From an uncultured Thermoleophilia bacterium (GTDB taxonomy: Bacteria > Actinomycetota > Thermoleophilia > Gaiellales > Gaiellaceae): a stretch of 64,000 nt of DNA. Shown here piece by piece: positions 1 to 9,049 of the stretch. The notes under the pieces are model-generated. The model made no database searches. It saw only the letters and a list, made by a program, of their open reading frames with translations, and was not told the origin of the DNA. How positions within the stretch are numbered: the stretch's first letter is position 1; every line of letters starts with the position of its first letter. The stretch covers positions 25,733-89,732 of the forward strand of contig CAWATJ010000003.1 of the NCBI GenBank assembly GCA_963784965.1, written 5' to 3'. The translations under genes and the position numbers were made by a program.

Positions 1-64
1 AGCGATTTGCCGATGGTGTCGCACTCCACCGCGGGGCGCGGGCGCTGAAGGTCGTTCTCGTACC

Positions 65-1021
65 GTGAGAGCTCTCGTCTTCCACGGCCCGGGCGACCTG
101 CGACTCGAGGACGTCCCCCGGCCCGAGCCGACGGCCGAGGGCGACGTGGTCGTCCAGATCGAAGTGTCACTGACCGACGGGACCGACCTGAAGGCGTTCC
201 GGCGCGGCCATCCGCTGCTGCTCGGCCCGCCGCCCAGCGCGTTCGGACACGAGTTCTGCGGGGTCGACGTGGCCACGGGACGGCGGGTCGTCGCAGCGAA
301 CTCCGCCCCCTGCGGCGCCTGCGGCGCCTGCCGACGCGGCCAGGAGACGATCTGTGAAAATCTGCTCCCGCTGCTCAACGGCGCCTACGCCGAGTTCGTC
401 CTCGTCCCGGAGCGCATCGCTCACACCAACCTCCTGCCGGTGCCCGCGGGAATGCCCGCCGAGATAGCGGCGATGGTGGAGCCGCTCGCCTGTTGCCTGC
501 ACGGCGTCGAGGCGGCCGACATCTCAGCCGGTGACACAGTGGCCGTAGTCGGGCTCGGGCCGATCGGGCTGATGCTCTGCGCGTGCGTCGCCGACGCGGG
601 CGGCCGGCCGGTGGGCGTCGGCTCGAGGCCGGAACGGCGGGCGCTCGCCCCGCTGTTCGGCGGGGAAGCGGGGCACGGCGAGGGCGCCGACGTCGTGATC
701 GAGGCGGCAGGCTCGGTCGAGGCGTGGAGTCTCGCACTCGAGCTCGTCCGGCCCGGCGGCACCGTGATCGCCTTCGGCGGACTCCCGCGCGAGGCACGGG
801 TCGAGGTCGACGCGTACCGCGTCCACTACGAGGAGGTGACGCTTCGCGGAGCCTTCCACCACGCGCCGAGGCACGTGCGCGCCGCGCTCGCGTTCCTCGG
901 TAGCGGTGCCTACCCGTTCGAGCGCCTCGTCACCCACCAGGTCGGGCTCGAAGGCGTGGCCGCGCTGCTGGCAGACCCGCCGCGCGACTACCTCAAGGCT
1001 GCCGTCGTCGTCTCCTCATAG
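65..1021 (+). CDS. Zn-dependent alcohol dehydrogenase / medium-chain dehydrogenase-reductase family oxidoreductase
   Basis: 318-aa ORF with GTG start; 'GHEFCG' catalytic-Zn motif, Cys cluster 'CGACGACRRGQETIC' (structural Zn) and 'GLGPIGL' nucleotide-binding glycines. Confidence 0.85.
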   Translation: MRALVFHGPGDLRLEDVPRPEPTAEGDVVVQIEVSLTDGTDLKAFRRGHPLLLGPPPSAFGHEFCGVDVATGRRVVAANSAPCGACGACRRGQETICENLLPLLNGAYAEFVLVPERIAHTNLLPVPAGMPAEIAAMVEPLACCLHGVEAADISAGDTVAVVGLGPIGLMLCACVADAGGRPVGVGSRPERRALAPLFGGEAGHGEGADVVIEAAGSVEAWSLALELVRPGGTVIAFGGLPREARVEVDAYRVHYEEVTLRGAFHHAPRHVRAALAFLGSGAYPFERLVTHQVGLEGVAALLADPPRDYLKAAVVVSS

Positions 1022-1036
1022 ACGGCGAGGCCGGCG

Positions 1037-1720
1037 TCACCCGGCAAAGAGCGTCAACTCGGGCTCACGCTCGCCGCGCAGGACGTCGAGGTCGACCTCG
1101 ACCCAGCGGAGGCCGCGCGCCTCGGCGAGCGTGCGCGCCTGCTTGACCACCTTCTGCGCCGCGAGCACTCCGCGCACCCCTGCCATGCCCGGCTCTGGTC
1201 GGATGCGCTCCAGATAGCGGGTCAGCTGCTCGACCGCGTCGATCGTCGCGACACGCTTGATCTCCACCGCGACCCAGCCGTTCTCCGAATCGCGGCACAT
1301 CAGGTCGACCGGCCCGATGTCCGTCGGCCATTCGCGGCGCACGAGACGCAACTCCTCGCCGAGCGCGTCTGGCTGCATCGCCAACTGCTCCTGCAGGTCG
1401 CGTTCGACGCCGTCCTTCGCGAGCGCCGCGGCCTCCCCCATGTCGTGCTCGACGTCGCTCAGGATCTCGACGATCCGGATGTCGAGCCGGTCCTCGGTCT
1501 TGCCTGCCCGCTTGCGGACCACCACCCGCTCGAGTGGCTCGCCCTCGGGCTCGATCACGGTCGGCGGCGTCATCCAGTTCTGCGGCTTGAAGCCCCCGGT
1601 GTCGGCATGGACGAGGAACGAGCCGTCGGCCTTGAGCATGAGGAGCCTGACGGCTTCCGGCAGGACCGCATTGAGGCGGCCGGAGTAGACGACCTCGCAG
1701 CGGGCGACGATGAGACGCAC
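1037..1720 (-). CDS. nucS: Endonuclease NucS (EndoMS, mismatch-specific endonuclease)
   Basis: 227 aa; N-terminus 'MRLIVARCEVVYSGRL' and RecB-like C-terminal core 'VDLMCRD...WVAVEIKR' are characteristic of actinobacterial/archaeal NucS. Confidence 0.9.
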   Translation of the reverse strand: MRLIVARCEVVYSGRLNAVLPEAVRLLMLKADGSFLVHADTGGFKPQNWMTPPTVIEPEGEPLERVVVRKRAGKTEDRLDIRIVEILSDVEHDMGEAAALAKDGVERDLQEQLAMQPDALGEELRLVRREWPTDIGPVDLMCRDSENGWVAVEIKRVATIDAVEQLTRYLERIRPEPGMAGVRGVLAAQKVVKQARTLAEARGLRWVEVDLDVLRGEREPELTLFAG

Positions 1721-1762
1721 GACGCAACCGTACCGTCCGAAACGGACATGTCCGAAAAAGGC

Positions 1763-2431
1763 TCAGCCGCGCTCGACGCGCGAGCCGCCGACGATCGCCT
1801 CGCGACCGTCGACGAACCGCACGAGCGCCTTGCCGTTACCGTCGTAATCCGGCGACCACACGACGAGCTCGGCCTCATCGCCCGCAACGCGGACCCGTTC
1901 GGCGAGTGACGGCACCACGCCGCGCCAGTAGACGACGAACGGGTTGCTCTCCCATTCGCGCCCGATCGTGGTCTCCTCCGTGTGACCCGGGAGCACGCGC
2001 ATCCCGGCGGGCAATGCCATCAATCCGCCCATCACCGAGCGCTGAACGACATCGGCCGGGCCGCCTCCGACCGCATCCCTGAACAGCACGTCGCCGCTGA
2101 AGCACACCTCGTCGTCGACGACGAACGCGACGCCGTCGTCGGAATGCCCGGGTAGCGGGATCGCCCGGACGATCAGCCCTCCGGTCACGAGATCGCCGGT
2201 GACGACCGGGATCCCGAACCGCTCGCAGAGCTCGGCCTCGTGCTCGACGTGATCGGGGTGCGCGTGGGTCCGCAGCAGATGCGTCGGCGTCAGCCTTTCC
2301 TGGTCGACGAGGTCGAGAAGCGCCTCGAGCGGCGCCCCACTGTCGACGAACACGGCCGTTCCGCCGGACACGTCTCCGACGACATACGCGTTCGACAGCC
2401 AACGCTCGTGCATCGACCGACCGACGATCAT
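1763..2431 (-). CDS. MBL-fold metallo-hydrolase (glyoxalase II-like)
   Basis: 222 aa; 'HAHPDH' HxHxDH metal motif, later 'PGH' and 'PGHT' histidines. Confidence 0.8.
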   Translation of the reverse strand: MIVGRSMHERWLSNAYVVGDVSGGTAVFVDSGAPLEALLDLVDQERLTPTHLLRTHAHPDHVEHEAELCERFGIPVVTGDLVTGGLIVRAIPLPGHSDDGVAFVVDDEVCFSGDVLFRDAVGGGPADVVQRSVMGGLMALPAGMRVLPGHTEETTIGREWESNPFVVYWRGVVPSLAERVRVAGDEAELVVWSPDYDGNGKALVRFVDGREAIVGGSRVERG

Positions 2432-2479
2432 TGGTACACCCTACGCAAGTCCGGCAAGCCTGGTTAGACTCCACTGCCA

Positions 2480-2887
2480 ATGCGCCGGACACACGTCGTT
2501 GCCCTCCTGCTCGCACTCGCCCTGGGACTGCTCGCCGCAGGGTGTCTCGACGGGACCGAAACGACCGCTACCGCGGACACGGTCGTCGGCAACCTACCCC
2601 AGGCGACGACATCGACCGCCGACCTGCCGGCGCTCGCCCTGACCGGCGATGCGACGGCCGGCAAGGCCGTCTTCGCGAGCGCCGGGTGCGCCAGCTGCCA
2701 CACCCTCGCCGCGGCCGGGGCAACGGGCAAGGTCGGACCGAACCTCGACCAGGCCAAGCCGAACACCGAGTTGGTCGTGACGCGTGTCACGAAGGGTCAG
2801 GGCGCCATGCCCCCGTTCGGCGAGCAACTCGACCCGCAGCAGATCGCGGACGTCGCCGCGTACGTCACCAAGTCGACCGGCGGCTGA
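2480..2887 (+). CDS. Class I c-type cytochrome, probable lipoprotein
   Basis: 135 aa; signal/lipobox 'LGLLAAGC', heme motif 'CASCH', distal 'GAMPPF' Met ligand region. Confidence 0.8.
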   Translation: MRRTHVVALLLALALGLLAAGCLDGTETTATADTVVGNLPQATTSTADLPALALTGDATAGKAVFASAGCASCHTLAAAGATGKVGPNLDQAKPNTELVVTRVTKGQGAMPPFGEQLDPQQIADVAAYVTKSTGG

Positions 2888-3711
2888 TCCTCCCGCCCTC
2901 CTTCCCGGCCGACGTCCAGGCCTTCGCCTGCGACTTCGACCGCACGCTCGTCGGCCGCGACAGCCTCCTGCGGCCGCGAACTCGCGCGGCCATCGCGCGC
3001 TCACAGGCGGCGGGGATTCCCGTGATCGTAGCCACCGGCCGGATGTTCCGGTCGGTGCGCCCCTATCTCGAGGAGGCGGGTATCAGCGAGCCCGTCGTCT
3101 GCTATCAGGGTGCGGCGGTCGTCGACCCCGTGACCGGTACGTTCCTCCTCCACGAACCGATCCCAGTCGAGATCGCGCGTGAGGCCGTCGAGCTCCTGGC
3201 AGCGCTGGGCCATTCGCCGAACTGTTACGTCGACGACCGCCTGTACGTCGAGAAACCGACCGAGTATTCGCGCATGTACGCGGAGTTCCAGCACCTTCCC
3301 GTCGAGGCGGTCGGCGACCTCTCGGCCTGGCTCGAGCGTCCGCCGACGAAGATCGTCGCCGTAGCCGACCCGGCCGACGTGCCTGCATTGCGGGCGGCAC
3401 TTCTCTCTTCGTTCGGCGATCGGCTCTACCTGACGACGTCGCTCCCGTACCTCCTCGAGGTCGGCAACCCCGTCGTCTCGAAGGGAACGGGCATCTCGTT
3501 CGTCGCGGAGTTGCTCGGGATCTCGCTCGAACGCGTCGTGTCGTTCGGCGACGGCGAGAACGACATCGAACTGATCGACGTAGCGGGATTCGGGATCGCG
3601 GTCGAAGACGCGAACGCCCTACTCCTGGAGCGCGCCGACTGGATCTGCCCGACCGCAGACGCGGAGGGTGTCGCCACCGTGATCGACGCGTACCTAGACT
3701 CCACCGCATGA
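2884..3711 (+). CDS. Cof-type HAD-IIB family phosphatase (start codon uncertain)
   Basis: HAD motif I 'CDFDRTL' (D at 2932), 'VATGR', C-terminal 'GDGENDIEL'. No ATG/GTG/TTG lies between the upstream TGA and motif I, so 2884 (CTG) is only a placeholder start. Confidence 0.7.
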   Translation: MILPPSFPADVQAFACDFDRTLVGRDSLLRPRTRAAIARSQAAGIPVIVATGRMFRSVRPYLEEAGISEPVVCYQGAAVVDPVTGTFLLHEPIPVEIAREAVELLAALGHSPNCYVDDRLYVEKPTEYSRMYAEFQHLPVEAVGDLSAWLERPPTKIVAVADPADVPALRAALLSSFGDRLYLTTSLPYLLEVGNPVVSKGTGISFVAELLGISLERVVSFGDGENDIELIDVAGFGIAVEDANALLLERADWICPTADAEGVATVIDAYLDSTA

Positions 3712-4907
3712 TCGACCTCAAGGCCGCCCGCGCCGAGCCGGACGCCTGGCGCGCCGCCCTCGCCCGCAAGGGCGCCGGGGAAGCGTTCGACGAGTTGCTG
3801 GCCGCCGACGAGCGCTGGCGATCGCTGGTGCCGCGGGTCGACGACCTCCGCAGCCGGACGAAGCTCAAGGGCAAGCCGACGCCCGAGCAGCTCGGCGAGC
3901 TGCAACAACTGAAGGAGGATCTCCGCCTCGCCGAGGACGAGCTCGCGGCAGCAGAAGCAGCCCGCGACGGGGCGCTCGCGAACGTTCCCAATCCGCCGCA
4001 CGATTCCGCGCCCGACGGAAGCACCGAGGACGACGCCGTCGAGATTCGCCGCTTCGGTGAGCCGCCCAGCCTCGCCGAGCCGAAGGAGGCGAGCGAGGTC
4101 GGACGGTTCGAGCTCGAGCGTGCGGCACGCCTGTCGGGATCGCGCTTCGGCTACCTCGTGGGCGACACCGCGCTGCTCGCTTTCGCGCTCTACCGATTCG
4201 CCCTCGACCACGTCGCAGCGGCCGGCTTCACACCGGTGCTGCCGCCCGTGTTGGTGCGGGAGGAGGCAATGGTGGGGACGGGCTTCTTCCCGACCGAGAA
4301 GTCGAACATCTACGAGCTCGAGCAGGACGGCCTCTTCCTCACCGGGACCTCGGAGGTTGCGCTTGCCGCGCTGCACATGACGGAGATCCTCGAGCCCGGC
4401 GTGCTGCCGCTGCGCTACGCCGGGTTCTCGACGTGTTTCCGGCGTGAGGCGGGCGCCGCGGGCAAGGACACACGCGGGATGTTCCGCGTGCACCAGTTCA
4501 ACAAGGTCGAGATGTTCGTCTTCACGACGCCCGGCGACGCCTGGGCCGAGCACGAACGCATGGTCGCACTCGAGGAGGACCTGCTTTCGCAGCTCGGGCT
4601 CCCCTATCGCGTCGTCAACGTCGCGGCGGGCGACCTCGGCGCCCCTGCCGCAAAGAAGATCGACATCGAGGCGTGGTTCCCGAGCCAGGAGCGCTACCGC
4701 GAGGTGACGTCCTGCTCGAATACGACCGACTTCCAGGCACGCCGCCTGGGAATCCGCTTTCGCGGCGAGACCGGGCTCGAGACGCCGCACACCCTCAATG
4801 GGACAGTCGTCACCGACCGTGCTCTGTTGGCCATTCTCGAGAACCTGCAGGGCGGGGTCCCCGACGTGCTCCGTTCGTACGGGGCCCCCGAGCGAATCTC
4901 GAACTGA
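3708..4907 (+). CDS. serS: Serine--tRNA ligase
   Basis: 399 aa; N-terminal coiled-coil arm, class II aaRS motifs ('FRVHQFNKVEMF', 'GTVVTDRALLAILEN'); ATGA overlap with upstream gene. Confidence 0.95.
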   Translation: MIDLKAARAEPDAWRAALARKGAGEAFDELLAADERWRSLVPRVDDLRSRTKLKGKPTPEQLGELQQLKEDLRLAEDELAAAEAARDGALANVPNPPHDSAPDGSTEDDAVEIRRFGEPPSLAEPKEASEVGRFELERAARLSGSRFGYLVGDTALLAFALYRFALDHVAAAGFTPVLPPVLVREEAMVGTGFFPTEKSNIYELEQDGLFLTGTSEVALAALHMTEILEPGVLPLRYAGFSTCFRREAGAAGKDTRGMFRVHQFNKVEMFVFTTPGDAWAEHERMVALEEDLLSQLGLPYRVVNVAAGDLGAPAAKKIDIEAWFPSQERYREVTSCSNTTDFQARRLGIRFRGETGLETPHTLNGTVVTDRALLAILENLQGGVPDVLRSYGAPERISN

Positions 4908-4928
4908 CGACCCCGCCGGACCCGCGTC

Positions 4929-5666
4929 TCAGGCGTACGAAGCCGCGTACTCGGTGCCGGGTTGCTCGGCACGGGCGAGCGAACGGGCGACGAACCAGGC
5001 ACTCACGACGACGAGACCGCCGAGCGCCGCATCGGTGAAGAAATGGTTGCCGGTCGCGACGATGATGTACAGCATCGCCGCCGGGTAGAGAGCCCCCGCG
5101 ACCCTGATCCAGCGACGCCGCGCCAGAGCGGCGAGACCCGCTCCCACGAGCAATGCGTAGCCGAAGTGGAGGCTCGGAACGGCGGCGACCGGGTTGTAGA
5201 GAGCGCCGAGGAGATCCGAGCTGAGGTTGACGCCTGCGCTCTTCGAGACCGTATCGGTGAATCCGAGACCGGCGAGTCGGGGTGGTGCGGCCGGGAAGGT
5301 CAGATAGCCGGCGAGCGCGATCCCGGTGGCAACGACGAGTGTCGTCCTCACGGTCGCGAACGCCTCGGGACGTCGGCGGTGGACCCACGCGAGAAAGCCG
5401 ATCGTAACGGCGAAATGGAGGGTGATGTAGAGGACGCCAAGGATCCGCGCCAGCCCCGGGACGGAGGCCGAGGCGTCCTGGACGCCCTGCTCCCAGAAGA
5501 TCCCGAGCGAGCGCTCGAACGCGACGAGATCCGCGGTGTGCAGACGAGCCGCGGTCCAGTTCTCGCCACCGAGCCCACGCACGAGCTCGTAGACGCCGTA
5601 GAGCACGACCGCCGCCGCCGCCTCGATGCGACCGGCGCGAATCCGAATGACATCCCTCATCACCAT
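4929..5666 (-). CDS. PAP2-superfamily membrane protein (inositolphosphotransferase/sphingolipid-synthase-like C-terminal domain)
   Basis: 245 aa, multi-TM; 'PSLHFGYA' (SxH) and 'GNHFFTDAALG' (HxxxD) motifs. Confidence 0.75.
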   Translation of the reverse strand: MVMRDVIRIRAGRIEAAAAVVLYGVYELVRGLGGENWTAARLHTADLVAFERSLGIFWEQGVQDASASVPGLARILGVLYITLHFAVTIGFLAWVHRRRPEAFATVRTTLVVATGIALAGYLTFPAAPPRLAGLGFTDTVSKSAGVNLSSDLLGALYNPVAAVPSLHFGYALLVGAGLAALARRRWIRVAGALYPAAMLYIIVATGNHFFTDAALGGLVVVSAWFVARSLARAEQPGTEYAASYA

Positions 5667-5784
5667 GCCCCGACGCTATGCCGGCGCCGAAGACGAGATG
5701 GTGCGGTTCACTCTACTGCGACGGTCGTGCGATCCGGCCGATTTCGGCGGCGCCGGACGAGCCGAGAAAGGCTAGTCCGCGTCC

Positions 5785-6078
5785 CTACAGCGGCCGCTTG
5801 AAGGCGGCGTGCTTCCCGGTCACACCGACGAGCTCCCAGCCCTCACGGCCGAGCGAGTTCCAGTCGGCCTCGTCGGCGGAGCGCTTCCCACGGCGCCGCA
5901 CGAGCCGATACTCGAACTCCCATCGCTCAGGGGAGATCTCGCCGCCGAGCGGCTCCCGCGAGGGGCCGGTCGCCGAATGCGCCTCGACCCGCGCCCGCCC
6001 GAACGCAGCCCGAAACGGGGACGACGATGCCTCAGGGCTCTCGAGATCGGGGATGGCGCTCGACCGGAACATCGTCAT
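5785..6078 (-). CDS. Small DUF4177-like protein
   Basis: The track ORF 5785..6375 runs antisense through a tRNA, so it is trimmed to ATG at 6078 (97 aa). C-terminus 'WEFEYRLV...LGREGWELVGV...AFKRPL' resembles DUF4177. Confidence 0.5.
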   Translation of the reverse strand: MTMFRSSAIPDLESPEASSSPFRAAFGRARVEAHSATGPSREPLGGEISPERWEFEYRLVRRRGKRSADEADWNSLGREGWELVGVTGKHAAFKRPL

Positions 6079-6152
6079 CCGAGGGTAGCGACGGTTGGGT
6101 GCGTACCCGAGCCAGAACTGTCGCCGACGCCAGGTGCATAGACTCACGGCTC

Positions 6153-6239
6153 GGCGGGGTGCGAGAGCGGTCGAATCGGGCGGTCTTGAAAACCGCTGAC
6201 GGGGCAACTCGTCCGTGGGTTCGAATCCCACCCCCGCCG
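6153..6239 (+). tRNA. tRNA-Ser (anticodon TGA)
   Basis: Manual fold: acceptor GGCGGGG/CCCCGCC, anticodon arm GCGGT-CTTGAAA-ACCGC, long variable arm, T arm GTGGG-TTCGAAT-CCCAC, discriminator G; 87 nt. Confidence 0.9.
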
Positions 6240-6241
6240 TA

Positions 6242-6391
6242 CTAAACAAGCCGTTCCTGAGCCTCCTCTGCGTCCTCCACAGGCTCCTCAACCGGCACTT
6301 GGTACCGCTTTTCGGTACCGGATTCGCCCCACAGCCGATCTTCGATCCGATCCGCTTCCTCACGGAGGCGCACACCCGCGAGGTCGATGTA
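6242..6391 (-). pseudogene. Possible 3' remnant of a tyrosine recombinase (integrase) gene
   Basis: The minus-strand frame reads '..GSPHIQRRARYIDLAGVRLREEADRIEDRLWGESG...EEAQERLV*' and stops 3 nt from the tRNA end. This resembles the integrase C-terminal 'GHssIqtT.rY.hL' box. No intact upstream catalytic domain is present. Confidence 0.3.
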
Positions 6392-6409
6392 ACGGGCGCG
6401 TCGTTGAAT

Positions 6410-7600
6410 ATGAGGAGAACCGCTCAGCCCCGAACCACAAAGAGCCCGACCACCACTAGTAGACTCAGGTCCGCAGTGACGCTTATGCCCGCAATGACGC
6501 CGACCGCCAACTCAGCGTCCCCGCTCAGCGTCCAGATCACGCGTGGCCCAGAGGTCGTGGACGTGTTGGACGCACGCTGGGATGAGCTCATCTCGCAATC
6601 CCCGTTTCCGAACCCGACCATGACAGCAGCGTGGCTCAAGGAGCTGCTTCCTCTCGCCGATGGAGAGCCCCTCGCTATCAGGGTCGAGTCGGGCTCGACA
6701 CTCGTCGCTGGTGGAGTGTTCGAGGTGGTAAGGCCCAGGCGAAGCGGACTCAGGATGGCAAAGCTGCTCGCCCATGGAATGTCTATCGAGGAGACCGACC
6801 TGCCGTGTGTCAATAATGCTCCTGGCGCAGCGCGCCTCGTCGTTGAAGCGCTATTCGAGGAGGCACACACTCTGGAGTTCGTCTGTCCCTCGGAAGGAGA
6901 GCTTGCGAGGGCGTTGTCGGAACGCGCGCCGTGGACTCGGGTGGTGTTGCGTCCGGAGGGATGGATGACACCCTTGCCGCCGCCGCGACTCGAGAGTCAT
7001 CGGAAGGAGCTTGCACGTAGGTTGCGCCAGGCGGAGAAGAAACAGGCAGATGTACGCATTTCGGTTGTCGACGAGCCGGACGACGTACTCGCAGCCCTTG
7101 AACGGTTGTTCGTTCTCCACCATGACTGTTGGCACGAAAGGCCCGGCGCAATCTCATACTTTTCGGATACCGAACGGCAGAGGCAGTTCTATCGCCGTTC
7201 CGTTGGAGCCATGGCGCAGGACGGGAACGTGCGCGTCGCCGAGGTGTTTGAGAACGGATTGCTCGTTTCGTCCTACCTCGGGCTTCTCGCTGGGAGAGGG
7301 GCCCTACCCCATACGTGTGCGACACGCCGAGGAGGTGTCCTTCCAAAGACAGGACATTTCGGGCTGCTTGCCCTAATCGACGAGTCCGTGAAAGCTGGTG
7401 CGACGGACATGTATCAGGGACGGGGTCACACGAATCCCGGGAGCCCGAAGACGAGCGCGGGTGGGACTCCGGTTTCATTTAGCTTCCTGTTCGCAGCACG
7501 TTCGGGCACGATCCAGCGGGCGATCTCTCTTGGGCTCGATGTTCGCGGTCGCGTGCTTCGACGTTGGGAACCCCGTGGATATGGAGCGGCTACGCACTGA
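6410..7600 (+). CDS. CelD/BcsL-like (FemAB/GNAT-fold) acetyltransferase family protein
   Basis: The track ORF 6215..7600 begins inside the tRNA. Likely starts are ATG 6410, 6485 or 6494. The architecture recalls CelD-type EPS acetyltransferases; the segment is visibly less GC-rich than its flanks. Confidence 0.6.
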   Translation: MRRTAQPRTTKSPTTTSRLRSAVTLMPAMTPTANSASPLSVQITRGPEVVDVLDARWDELISQSPFPNPTMTAAWLKELLPLADGEPLAIRVESGSTLVAGGVFEVVRPRRSGLRMAKLLAHGMSIEETDLPCVNNAPGAARLVVEALFEEAHTLEFVCPSEGELARALSERAPWTRVVLRPEGWMTPLPPPRLESHRKELARRLRQAEKKQADVRISVVDEPDDVLAALERLFVLHHDCWHERPGAISYFSDTERQRQFYRRSVGAMAQDGNVRVAEVFENGLLVSSYLGLLAGRGALPHTCATRRGGVLPKTGHFGLLALIDESVKAGATDMYQGRGHTNPGSPKTSAGGTPVSFSFLFAARSGTIQRAISLGLDVRGRVLRRWEPRGYGAATH

Positions 7601-7752
7601 ACCACGTGCGCCTCTGAGCGCGAAAACTGCGACCCTGTGCTGTCGTCAGGTGTGGAGTTCGACTCGTCCCGCCGTCGGGCCGGAATCTCGGAATGAAGCA
7701 AGCGCGAGCCGCCTACCTCGGCAAACTTGCCCTCAACTACCCGTGCCGGCAC

Positions 7753-7840
7753 GGCGGCGACCGGCTACTGGGACGCGGCGGACTGTCGCAATAGTGGCAC
7801 GTGGGATCTTGTTCCGTGGGTTCGAATCCCACCCCCGCCG
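7753..7840 (+). other. tRNA-Ser-derived pseudo-tRNA / att-like duplication
   Basis: 7813..7840 is identical (28/28) to 6212..6239, the T arm plus acceptor 3' strand of tRNA-Ser(TGA). The 88-nt segment from GGCGGCG (7753) has tRNA length, but I could not fold a D arm or anticodon arm. Confidence 0.6.
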
Positions 7841-7968
7841 CTCCTCGTGACCGGGCGGCCGTTCGTGGACTTCGCTCGTCGCGAGTGGTCCGCACTCGCG
7901 CATCGACCATTGACGTTTCGAACGCGGTCGACGAGTGTCCGGCCAGGGGTCGAACCTGGGAGTAAGGT

Positions 7969-8940
7969 ATGGGCAGCTTGCCAAGAGGCGTCAAGAACGA
8001 GCCGTTCGTCAGCGTCGTTACACCGGTATACAACGGCGGGGCATATCTCGACGAGTGTGTCGAAAGCGTTCTCTCGCAGACGTATCGGAATTTCGAGTAC
8101 GTCATCGCCGACAATCACAGCACCGACGAGACCGCAGCGATTGCGGCGAGGTACGCCGCCTCGGACGAACGCGTCCGGATCGTGCGACCGGAGCGGCATC
8201 TCTCGCAGACCGGCAACTTCAACTTCACGGCGAGCTGCGCCGCCGAGACCGCCGCATACCTCAAGACCGTGCATGCGGACGACGCGCTCCTCCCCGACTG
8301 TCTCGAGCGGATGGTGGCGATCGGAGAACGACATCCGAACGTGGGCGTGATCGGATCGAGAAGGTACATCGGAGAGGACAGGATCGATCTCGCCGGCATC
8401 CCACCCAATGTCGAGTTCGTCCCGGGACGCTGGCTGATCCGCGCCCAGATGCTCGGGGCCCCCTACACGACCGGCGCACCGACATCGACGATGATCCGAT
8501 CGAGCGTCATCCGCGATCGCGTACCGCTCTACGATCCCTCCTACGAGCACAACGACGACGCACTGATGTATAGCCTGCTCCGCGACGTCGACTTCGGGTA
8601 TGACCCCGGACCTCTCACGCGGACGCGTCTGCACGCCGACTCGAGAACGTCATGGGTTTCCCGCGTCGGGACCTGGACCCCCGACCATCTCCGGATGGTG
8701 CTCGACTTCGCAACCGACATCCTGTCACCGGCTGAGCTCGACGGCGTGGCCGGAGAGCTGGAGGGCAAGTACGAGCGCACCCTTCTGAAGTGGACGGTCA
8801 ACCTGAAGCTCGTGCGCGACCGGGAGGTCTTCCAGTATCACCGTGCGACGCTACGGGCGATCGCGGAGTCGAGCCGCAAGGTGCAGAGGCAGATGCCGGC
8901 CACGCTGCGGCTCTACGCCCGGTTACTCGGGTCGTTCTGA
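7969..8940 (+). CDS. Family 2 glycosyltransferase
   Basis: 323 aa; 'VSVVTPVYNG', 'DNHSTDET', 'HADD' (DxD-type) motifs; paralog of 39096..40052. Confidence 0.85.
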   Translation: MGSLPRGVKNEPFVSVVTPVYNGGAYLDECVESVLSQTYRNFEYVIADNHSTDETAAIAARYAASDERVRIVRPERHLSQTGNFNFTASCAAETAAYLKTVHADDALLPDCLERMVAIGERHPNVGVIGSRRYIGEDRIDLAGIPPNVEFVPGRWLIRAQMLGAPYTTGAPTSTMIRSSVIRDRVPLYDPSYEHNDDALMYSLLRDVDFGYDPGPLTRTRLHADSRTSWVSRVGTWTPDHLRMVLDFATDILSPAELDGVAGELEGKYERTLLKWTVNLKLVRDREVFQYHRATLRAIAESSRKVQRQMPATLRLYARLLGSF

Positions 8941-9049
8941 CCGTCGCGGACCCAACCGACCGACCGATCGGACAGATCGTGACGGACATTCGATCCGAGA
9001 CCCGCTTGCCCGACCCGGGGCCGCCGGAAGGGCGGCAATCCTGCGAAGG

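Noticed and set aside
375-797. Many long ORFs in the track with Arg/Pro/Ala/Gly-rich translations (for example 375..797, 3083..4024, 16441..18048, 25270..27051, 29413..31413, 53168..55378 upstream part, 60473..61624).
   Set aside because: They overlap, in alternate or antisense frames, genes with clear family signatures. Their low-complexity Arg-rich composition is the usual artefact of ~70% GC DNA, so they are not reported as genes.
5785-6375. The full-length 196-aa ORF 5785..6375.
   Set aside because: Its N-terminal half runs antisense through tRNA-Ser(TGA). Only the C-terminal 97 aa (from ATG 6078) look protein-like.
7753-7840. A second functional tRNA (tRNA-Ser, or tRNA-Sec given its length).
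   Set aside because: The acceptor has a C-C mismatch. I could not form a D arm or a 5-bp anticodon stem, and no TCA/TGA/GCT/GGA/CGA anticodon sits in a 7-nt loop. It is treated as a pseudo-tRNA / att duplication pending tRNAscan-SE.
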